DNA of 64,000 nt from IMG/VR virus record IMGVR_UViG_3300010944_000263, positions 8,980-72,979 of that record; one strand, written 5' to 3'. This stretch comes from a virus. Its lineage: Duplodnaviria > Caudoviricetes. Shown one piece after another: positions 47,783 to 55,065 of this stretch (position 1 is the first letter of the stretch; every line of letters begins with the position of its first letter). The translations under genes were made by a program, and so were the position numbers. The notes under the pieces were generated by a model. That model did not search any database. It was not told the origin of the DNA and saw only the letters and a list, made by a program, of their open reading frames with translations.

Positions 47783-48039
47783 GGAGTTCCTCCGTCAATT
47801 TCTTCTTCGAATGTGGTCGATGGTGTTCCTCCATCAATGTCAGCTAGCTCGGCTGCAATTGCGGATTGCAGATCCTCCATTGCCACGCCATCGATCCACT
47901 CGAACTGCGCCAAGTTCCCGCTAACCGACACAACACGAAGAGACTTACCAGACGCTCCAGCATCGTTGGGCATACGAATACGCTGAAACTCGTCTCCCGG
48001 CTGGACTACTGGAGGAATCATCTGAACCTCAATGCACAA
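47779..48039 (-). CDS. Hypothetical protein with two IDGGTP repeats
   Basis: DIDGGTP...EIDGGTP; ATGA overlap with the fibre gene. Confidence 0.55.
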   Translation of the reverse strand: MCIEVQMIPPVVQPGDEFQRIRMPNDAGASGKSLRVVSVSGNLAQFEWIDGVAMEDLQSAIAAELADIDGGTPSTTFEEEIDGGTP

Positions 48040-48050
48040 TGGAATGAATC

Positions 48051-48085
48051 AAAAACGCTGAGGGCTGTTAGCGTCAGCCCTCAGC
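48051..48085 (-). terminator. Rho-independent terminator
   Basis: GCTGAGGGCTG-7-CAGCCCTCAGC then GTTTTT on the minus strand. Confidence 0.75.
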
Positions 48086-48099
48086 CAAACAAATGCTGA

Positions 48100-48951
48100 C
48101 TAGAGCATTTGAGCGCCAGCAATCCAATCCACCTTCAAGTTCAAAGCGGCGTTGCCAGCGATGTCCTTGATACCGATGATCGGAGCCAAGAGAACGTCAT
48201 CAGGGAACGTCGCTGCATCGATCTCCGAAGAGGTCAAGCGAGCCGGGGCTGCACCAGTACCAGCCAAGACGCCGTTGACGTACCACTCAACCATCTTCGG
48301 AACGGCTCGGTATCGGAAGCCGAGCTTGACGTAGGTATCGGCAACCATCGTCGCCAATGCGTTCAGCTTCGTCTTTGTCGCACCGTCTTGGTACGTTTGA
48401 CCATCAGCCTTGTAAGCACCGTCTACCGCGGCTCCTTCGGCTTGCAAGTGAACGAACCCAAGAAAGTTCTTGTCAGCCAACGCGCCAGTGGTGTCAACGA
48501 ACAATCCGTCCGTCGCTCCCATGCTGACTTCGCCAAGACCAACGCCCCAAGACCACTTGGCGGCAGTGATTGCACTAACGCTGATGCGAGTCTCGAACAC
48601 GAGGTCACGGTTGGCAAGCAAGAACGGAGCTCCAAGCCCTCTCCCCCACTGCAAAACAGCTTCGTCGTTGGCGGCGTTTCCGTCGACAGCCAACTGAACC
48701 AAACCTTTTTCGGTCGTGGTGTCAGCAATCTGCTCGATGGTGCAACCAGTGCCTTCGAGAATCCGATATGGACCTTCGAGAGAAGACGCCTGAAACGAGT
48801 GAAAGTTGTCGTAAAACCCGAAACAAGGATTCCCAGACTGCGAAATCGTCGTCGTCCCAAGAGGACCAAACGAAGTTGGAGGAGCGAACCCTTTCCACAA
48901 CTTCCCGCCAGAAGGAAGGTAGCCGATGCTCAATTCATCAAAAGTAATCAT
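48100..48951 (-). CDS. Putative capsid decoration/structural protein (283 aa)
   Basis: Beta-sandwich-like protein immediately after the capsid gene. Confidence 0.55.
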   Translation of the reverse strand: MITFDELSIGYLPSGGKLWKGFAPPTSFGPLGTTTISQSGNPCFGFYDNFHSFQASSLEGPYRILEGTGCTIEQIADTTTEKGLVQLAVDGNAANDEAVLQWGRGLGAPFLLANRDLVFETRISVSAITAAKWSWGVGLGEVSMGATDGLFVDTTGALADKNFLGFVHLQAEGAAVDGAYKADGQTYQDGATKTKLNALATMVADTYVKLGFRYRAVPKMVEWYVNGVLAGTGAAPARLTSSEIDAATFPDDVLLAPIIGIKDIAGNAALNLKVDWIAGAQML

Positions 48952-49017
48952 TGTGTTTTCCCTTTCAAGGAAGATGTGGGATTGTCTCAGCTTTGGGTGA
49001 GCGTTGTCCCATTATAA

Positions 49018-49053
49018 AGTTGGCGGGCGTACTTTTTCGTCTCGCCCGCCAAA
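49018..49053. terminator. Stem-loop downstream of the capsid gene
   Basis: TTGGCGGGCG-13-CGCCCGCCAA. Confidence 0.55.
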
Positions 49054-49067
49054 GACGTTAGATTTTG

Positions 49068-49080
49068 TGACACGCTGTCA
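49068..49080. repeat. TGACA-N3-TGTCA palindrome copy 7 (intergenic)
   Basis: TTTTGTGACACGCTGTCACAAAA (extended perfect arms). Confidence 0.85.
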
Positions 49081-49104
49081 CAAAACCATCACGCAAGCAC
49101 TAGC

Positions 49105-50223
49105 TTACGCGGATTCTTCAACGGTTTGCGTGCAGTAACCACGGAAGTTACCGCGACGATTGAAGCAAACCATCTGCACCGAGTCATCCATGCAGCGAAC
49201 GCGAACGTTGCTCATTTCTGGGTGCTGGAACGCCTTTCGCTTACGCATCTGACGACCAGCAGCGTAGTAAGCCTTAAACGTCGCCCAGTTCACACCGAGG
49301 ATAATCCCGTCCGTTCGAGCATTGACGCTCGAGGAGTTCGTCCAAGCTGGCACCCACGTCATTGGAACACCGCGGACGAAGACCGTTCCGCTGTGCGCCG
49401 CCATATCGTCACCAATGTTGTCATTGCCGAGCTGCAGCAATCGACGACTGGACGAAAGAACGCTGTGAGTGGTCAGCAATTCCCAGTCATGCCGCTTTTG
49501 GTCAACGATGTCTGGTCGCTGAACAGGCGGAATGAAGTGGCAAAGGTCCATCGACTTGATGACCTTCTCGACAAAATCGTTTCGGTCAACGCTGGTGTAC
49601 GGGAACGTACGGTTTCGCCATTGCGGGTAATCCGTACAAGAGATTCCACCAACACCATTGTTCGCCCAACCAACTGGCTCCATGCCGTTGAATCCCTCCA
49701 AAGCGTTATTTTCAGAAACGCTATCGCTGGTCGATGTGATCCACCAGAGAAGAGACGCAACAGTGAAAGGAGACTGAGTAGGACCAGTAGGACCAGGACC
49801 AAACACCAAATCTTCCATCCCGGTATAGAACGAGGTAATCAAATCCCGCTCCATGTCTTCGATGTAGTCGTAAATCTGACGACCACCCGTTCGGAAGATT
49901 TCTTCGTCAATGTCGTAGTGGTAGTTGTTGGTGGTCAAAGCCCACTTCAACTCGCCTTCATCCAGCGTGTTCACGCGGGTAGAAGAATCTCGGTGGTAGA
50001 GACCAACCGTTTGGAAGTTGTCGTTGGTATTGACTTTGACTTTCCACTTGCACTGCGACGTGCTCATGGTGTCCTTCTTGAGATTCCCCGAGAAGAGACG
50101 CGATGCGTACTTGTACTCTTGCAACGGCAAGGACAAGTCCTGCGCTGCAAGCTGTTCTTCGCCAGCAAACTTCTGATGAATGCTGTTTACAAAATCGTCA
50201 ATTTGCTCAATCGATAGAGCCAT
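49105..50223 (-). CDS. Major capsid protein
   Basis: 372 aa after portal and scaffold; GGI.....PQWRN and FRGVPMTW-type HK97-fold phage capsid patterns. Confidence 0.75.
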   Translation of the reverse strand: MALSIEQIDDFVNSIHQKFAGEEQLAAQDLSLPLQEYKYASRLFSGNLKKDTMSTSQCKWKVKVNTNDNFQTVGLYHRDSSTRVNTLDEGELKWALTTNNYHYDIDEEIFRTGGRQIYDYIEDMERDLITSFYTGMEDLVFGPGPTGPTQSPFTVASLLWWITSTSDSVSENNALEGFNGMEPVGWANNGVGGISCTDYPQWRNRTFPYTSVDRNDFVEKVIKSMDLCHFIPPVQRPDIVDQKRHDWELLTTHSVLSSSRRLLQLGNDNIGDDMAAHSGTVFVRGVPMTWVPAWTNSSSVNARTDGIILGVNWATFKAYYAAGRQMRKRKAFQHPEMSNVRVRCMDDSVQMVCFNRRGNFRGYCTQTVEESA

Positions 50224-50241
50224 TTGGAAATTCCCTTATTG

Positions 50242-51222
50242 TTAAGCTCGTTCAAGCTCACGATAGAGCCTGTCCGCTTCGTCACGAGGATCTTCCCGCA
50301 ACGGAGTAGGCTTCGTTGGGCTTCCACCCTGTCGAAGCTGGCTTTGCCGTGAAATCTTCTGAGTCTGTTGTTTCAATCGTTTCTTACTCAATTCGTCCGA
50401 GAACACCATGTCGGCAACTCGGGCAACCAACTTATCGTCGAGCTTGGTTGGACGACCCAACCGCTCAAGACCAAGCAACTGGGCTTTGACAGCAACGTGC
50501 AGATCCCTGCGGCGCTCCAGTTCCTTTGCCGACTCGCTGCCTGTCTTTCCGAACAAATCAGAATGACCAAGAGAATCGATAAAGTTGTCAAATTGCCTTT
50601 CTTCTTCCTTGGCACTCACTTCCATGAAATGAGACTCCAAAGCCTCGAGACGCGATTCGTAATGGTCGCGCATACGCTCGAACTCATTCACAATCTCGTC
50701 ATCATAGATGTCTTTGCTCAACGAAATTTGATACCGACCGTCTTTTGGCTTTTCCGCCTCAGAATCGTCTGTATCCGACTCTCCATTTTTGACAAACTGC
50801 CCTTTTTCATTGCGAGTCTTATTCGACTCACCCTCAACCGTCGCTTTGCGTCCGGCTTCAAGAGCTGTCTTGTCAATCAGGCGCAGAGCCCTGCTCAACT
50901 CCTCACGACTGGCAAAATCAGACAGGTCCGATTCATCAATGCCATACGCGGCAACCTCGGCTTTCACGTCATCGTCTACCCAATCAGGAAACGACGATTC
51001 ATCACCGGATAACTCGCCTTGGTCTAATTCCTCGGCGGATTCACTGCTGGCATTTTTCTCAGCAGATGGCTTTGTTGCTGACGACACTTCACTAACAATC
51101 TGTGCGTCAGACTTTGTTTCACCTTGTCGCTCGGCCGCAACTTCTTGAACGACGCTTTCAGCGTAGGAACGGATCTCTTCCGAGCTCATGTTTTCGTTAA
51201 GGTCGATTTCTTTACTCATCAC
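50242..51222 (-). CDS. Capsid scaffolding protein
   Basis: Acidic low-complexity N-terminus plus coiled coil, directly upstream of the capsid gene. Confidence 0.65.
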   Translation of the reverse strand: MMSKEIDLNENMSSEEIRSYAESVVQEVAAERQGETKSDAQIVSEVSSATKPSAEKNASSESAEELDQGELSGDESSFPDWVDDDVKAEVAAYGIDESDLSDFASREELSRALRLIDKTALEAGRKATVEGESNKTRNEKGQFVKNGESDTDDSEAEKPKDGRYQISLSKDIYDDEIVNEFERMRDHYESRLEALESHFMEVSAKEEERQFDNFIDSLGHSDLFGKTGSESAKELERRRDLHVAVKAQLLGLERLGRPTKLDDKLVARVADMVFSDELSKKRLKQQTQKISRQSQLRQGGSPTKPTPLREDPRDEADRLYRELERA

Positions 51223-52060
51223 CGTATTCCCCGTTCTTAATTAGTTGTTTTTTGCGATGCAGGATGTGCATTGGGTTTTTAGCTCGCATACGCTCGCCAA
51301 CTTCACCTAACATACGCTTTGAATCATCAACTCGCTTGCATGCCATACAGCAAAATCGTTTTTCTGGATCTCGTGTTGCAACGCTTTCACCGCATGTCTC
51401 ACAAAAAAAGAAACGAACAGGACGCATAGCTGTCGCTTCTATTGCACACAATTGTGAGCAATATTTGCGTGTTGCTTTTTTAGCCACAAACTGTTTATTG
51501 CAATGTCCGCATAGTACAACCTTGCGTTTTGAACACCTTTTGAACAATGCCACCGGCAATTCTGGATGACGAGAATGATGACACCGCCAGCAAAGAGTTT
51601 CTCCATTCGAAAGCTCGTATCTCAAATCTGGAGCTTCGTTCCATCCTTTAATGTGATGAGCCTGCAGCCCTTCCGTTGCGCCACAATCAACGCATTTCAA
51701 ATCTCTCTTGACGATCTCTCTGGACCACACACGAAACTCTAGTGATCTTCTACCAGCATTTTTTCCTGACCGCCTTGCAATCCCTCTCGCCGTTGCACTG
51801 CATTTGTTTGAGCAATACTGCACATTGCCTCTTGGGCGATCTTCTACGAATTCATTCCCGCATTGCTTGCACTTGTACGACTTGCGTGGTTTTTTGTCGC
51901 TACGGATCTTACGACCGTACCGTTGACACTCTCTGCTGCAAAACACACCTTTTCCAACATCAATATTAGACTGTTTTGCTAGAAAATCTTTTCCGCAATG
52001 CCTGCATTTTTTTTGAACTAATGGCCTACGTGGTGATCTGATTTTTGGATATTCAGCCAT
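51212..52060 (-). CDS. HNH endonuclease with multiple CxxC zinc ribbons
   Basis: CVDCGATEGLQAHHIK...ELSNGETLCWRCH plus repeated CxxCG..F...YCS units. Confidence 0.8.
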   Translation of the reverse strand: MAEYPKIRSPRRPLVQKKCRHCGKDFLAKQSNIDVGKGVFCSRECQRYGRKIRSDKKPRKSYKCKQCGNEFVEDRPRGNVQYCSNKCSATARGIARRSGKNAGRRSLEFRVWSREIVKRDLKCVDCGATEGLQAHHIKGWNEAPDLRYELSNGETLCWRCHHSRHPELPVALFKRCSKRKVVLCGHCNKQFVAKKATRKYCSQLCAIEATAMRPVRFFFCETCGESVATRDPEKRFCCMACKRVDDSKRMLGEVGERMRAKNPMHILHRKKQLIKNGEYGDE

Positions 52061-52376
52061 CAGAGTACCCTCCCTCATTATCAACCAATCCCCTCATCGA
52101 AAGGAATTCCTTACGTGCTCGGCGGCTTGTAAAACGAATCTGACCGCTATCCAACACAGCGGCGCCTTGAATTCTGTGTTTTTCAATCAACTGCCGTGTT
52201 TCGCCAACCTGAGCTCGCATCACGCCGCATCCTTCCGAAATAAGCGGATTGTGCTCGGTGTACGTGTTCGCAGCCATAGAAGGCGACTCGAGCCAATCAG
52301 CCTTTCGAGGCATCAGCTTGTCGAGCTCTTCGGAAGTAACGACCTTACCTTTGTACTTGTGAACAACTCCTGCCAT
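52053..52376 (-). CDS. Hypothetical protein (107 aa)
   Basis: Between portal and scaffold, tightly coupled. Confidence 0.6.
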   Translation of the reverse strand: MAGVVHKYKGKVVTSEELDKLMPRKADWLESPSMAANTYTEHNPLISEGCGVMRAQVGETRQLIEKHRIQGAAVLDSGQIRFTSRRARKEFLSMRGLVDNEGGYSDG

Positions 52377-52379
52377 TTT

Positions 52380-54161
52380 CTACCCCTGAGCCATTGCGTT
52401 GCGTTGCTGAGCATTAAGTTGAGGGTTTCCACCCATCAAGGTTTGAATCAAAGCGTTATTGCGAGCCTGTTCGGTTCCTCCGCCGCTCACATTGCGACGA
52501 ATCGTCTCTCGAACAGTGTGCGGAGACTGACGAATCGTGTTCTGATCGCCACCAAGCATGTCCGATGGATTTGCAAACGTAATGAACCGCTTGAACTCTG
52601 GTCGATTCTTCAATCGTGCAATTTCGTCGACGATTGCGGCTGCATCGAAGGTTGCTCCAGACGCCTGGAACATCGGCCAGAGAGGCGCGATCTCGCGAAG
52701 AACCTGGAATAGCTCCTGGAGGTGCTGCTCCGGCGTCTTGAACACCATGGAGTACGGTTCAACTTTGAACTCGTAATCCTCGAAGTCTCCTTTTCGATAG
52801 TTCGGTGTCCAATCGGACGACACTTGAATGCCGCTATTTTCAACCGGAACAGATGTATGCAGCTCAAGAGTCTGATCCTCCCACATTAAACGACCAAGAT
52901 CCAGAATGCACTCCGAAGCAAACGACACAACTGCCATCCGCATATCAGCCACATTCCTCGTCACGCTTCCATGGATAAGTTCTTCCTGACCAACCGTCGA
53001 CGCTTGGCTCCCGAGTCCGCCCATCGCTTGCAAGTTTCCAGCGAAGCGGTCGTACTCTCCTTGCAAGAAAGTTGCGAGTGCCATATCTCGCTGATCAACT
53101 CCGCCCATCTCAAATTGCTTGATCTGCTCTGGGCTTGTCCCTCGCTGCCAACTGTTTCTTTCGGCTGTTCGCAATCTTTCTGCATCATCTGCCATGTTTG
53201 GAGGGTAAACGTTCACAACGCGGTGCGCGTCTGAATCATCTTCCATGCGACGATGCAATCGATTCTGCAAATCGTGCATCCCTTTCAAATTGATCGCTGG
53301 AGATGTCGGTATCACATTGTCTGGAGTGTCTCCAAGCGAAAGGAACTTGTACGGTCCAGCTTGGGAACCAATCCACTCTCTTTCGATAAGAGGCGGCAAA
53401 TCCTGGTCGCAAGCCATGGTCACGATGGAATTGTTCTCGGCAATCCAAACGTCCATCAGCCAAACCATATCCTTCAAGTCATCATCCTCGGCACTTCCAT
53501 ACTCCGATGCGATATCTCTGACTGCACCCGTCGAATCGTGATGACTTCGGCTTGTTGGCTTGAGCTTGTCTCGAACCTTCTTGTTGTACCCAGGCTCGTC
53601 CATCACCTTTTCATAATCAGCTCGGTAGCGATGTCCGCAATACCGCATCTTACTCAGCTCTTTCGCAGGCATGTCCAAAATCAAGTCGTCGAGAGACACT
53701 CGGTTGAACCATGGCTCGCCGGGATCCAGCCAAACATCTTCTTCGGACTCGAGAACGCCATGAAACCTTGTGTCGGTGTCTCGCATCATCACGACACCAC
53801 AACCAAGGCAAAAGAATGCATCCATGACAATCGCTCGGAACGTTTTGTCGAGCGACATATCGCCAATGAGCTTATTCAAGTTCACTTCAAAGCGGCGAGC
53901 GAACGCAAGATTCTCCATTCGAGGAGTATTTACCAAGACCTGCGGATTGTTTGCAGCAAGCGCGACAGTGTAGATACGCGCAGTCTGGTTTATCAGATTC
54001 ACCAGCGTCTTGTTCTCGGCGCCAGACTCAGCATACCAAGAACCAACGTAATCTTTGATCAGTTCCTTTCGAACTCGACGAAATGGCTCCAAGGAATCTC
54101 GAGACGCCTTGATCGCTTTCAGTAACCGAGCACGTTTTTCGTTGTTTGATAAGTCTAGCAT
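52380..54161 (-). CDS. Portal protein
   Basis: About 590 aa downstream of the terminase, helical, Q-rich C-terminus; positional inference. Confidence 0.7.
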   Translation of the reverse strand: MLDLSNNEKRARLLKAIKASRDSLEPFRRVRKELIKDYVGSWYAESGAENKTLVNLINQTARIYTVALAANNPQVLVNTPRMENLAFARRFEVNLNKLIGDMSLDKTFRAIVMDAFFCLGCGVVMMRDTDTRFHGVLESEEDVWLDPGEPWFNRVSLDDLILDMPAKELSKMRYCGHRYRADYEKVMDEPGYNKKVRDKLKPTSRSHHDSTGAVRDIASEYGSAEDDDLKDMVWLMDVWIAENNSIVTMACDQDLPPLIEREWIGSQAGPYKFLSLGDTPDNVIPTSPAINLKGMHDLQNRLHRRMEDDSDAHRVVNVYPPNMADDAERLRTAERNSWQRGTSPEQIKQFEMGGVDQRDMALATFLQGEYDRFAGNLQAMGGLGSQASTVGQEELIHGSVTRNVADMRMAVVSFASECILDLGRLMWEDQTLELHTSVPVENSGIQVSSDWTPNYRKGDFEDYEFKVEPYSMVFKTPEQHLQELFQVLREIAPLWPMFQASGATFDAAAIVDEIARLKNRPEFKRFITFANPSDMLGGDQNTIRQSPHTVRETIRRNVSGGGTEQARNNALIQTLMGGNPQLNAQQRNAMAQG

Positions 54162-54251
54162 CAACGGTCGGAACAATTGCGGCGTTTCGCCAAGTTACAT
54201 TCCGACCGGGTTTTAACTCCGATCAATCAAAACCAGCCGACAACGCGTCGG

Positions 54252-54467
54252 CTAGCTCTTTTTCGACGAGGCAGGCGAAGACGATTCGCTTGCTTGTGTC
54301 GATACCGAGGACTGCCCCGGAATGTTTCTAAAAATCGATTTCGCATGAGCAAGGTTCAAAGCCGCTTGCGAAAAATGCAAAGCCTTTTGCCCATCCTGGC
54401 TCGCTTTGACTTGATCGCACATCTTTGCAACAGCAGCATCAATTTTTTCGTCTAAGTCGTTGTTCAT
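54252..54467 (-). CDS. Hypothetical protein (71 aa)
   Basis: KALHFSQAALNLAHAK helical hairpin. Confidence 0.55.
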   Translation of the reverse strand: MNNDLDEKIDAAVAKMCDQVKASQDGQKALHFSQAALNLAHAKSIFRNIPGQSSVSTQASESSSPASSKKS

Positions 54468-54478
54468 TTTTACAGGTT

Positions 54479-54985
54479 CTAGCTCTGTGGAAAGTTTAGT
54501 TTCGCAAATTCGCCGAAATGCTCCCTCGCCATCTTATCATAGCACAATGCCGCCTCCAACTCGGTATGGAAATACTGCGTGTATTTTTTATCGCCAACGT
54601 AAAGCGATGCTGTCCAAATTCTCGGGCGTTCAACTGATCGTTTCGACACTCCCTTGAACCTGCTGAATCCACCCGCTTGCTTCTGCCGATTCCTTCCGTT
54701 TTCGGCAGGAGTGCATAGTCTTAGGTTCGCCTTCGTGTTATCTAATCCATTTGAATTGATGTGGTCAACGTACATTCCGTCGGCAGCATTTAGTAGAAAT
54801 CGATGCAACAATACCGCCTGCTGCCTTCCTCGTATCCGCTGTTTCCTTACAGCGTAATAGGTGTTTCCTCCTTGCTGCGCACACCACTTGTGCTGCATAA
54901 CCAAATCAAGGTCTTCCGCGTCAATTGACGTTACTAAACCTCTAGTTAGCTGTACCTCAACGCCGCAATTATGTAAAATATCCAT
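54479..54985 (-). CDS. HNH-AP2 homing endonuclease
   Basis: LHRFLL...VDHINSNGLDNTKANLR plus AP2-like SRFKGVS..W.A..F.TELEAA..YD...FGEFA.LNF. Confidence 0.85.
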   Translation of the reverse strand: MDILHNCGVEVQLTRGLVTSIDAEDLDLVMQHKWCAQQGGNTYYAVRKQRIRGRQQAVLLHRFLLNAADGMYVDHINSNGLDNTKANLRLCTPAENGRNRQKQAGGFSRFKGVSKRSVERPRIWTASLYVGDKKYTQYFHTELEAALCYDKMAREHFGEFAKLNFPQS

Positions 54986-55015
54986 CGCCGAACCTCTACG
55001 TTAGGTTTGTCCACC

Positions 55016-55048
55016 GCCCAGATGGCTGACACCATGCTGGGCTTTTTT
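55016..55048 (+). terminator. Plus-strand (antisense) Rho-independent terminator
   Basis: GCCCAG...CTGGGC followed by TTTTTT. Confidence 0.55.
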
Positions 55049-55065
55049 ATTGCAACGGCTACGAT

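Noticed and set aside
49126-50217. Long plus-strand ORFs (also 48109-49017, 32225-33409, 53253-54125, 13695-14543)
   Set aside because: Antisense shadows of clear minus-strand genes; no motifs or SD.
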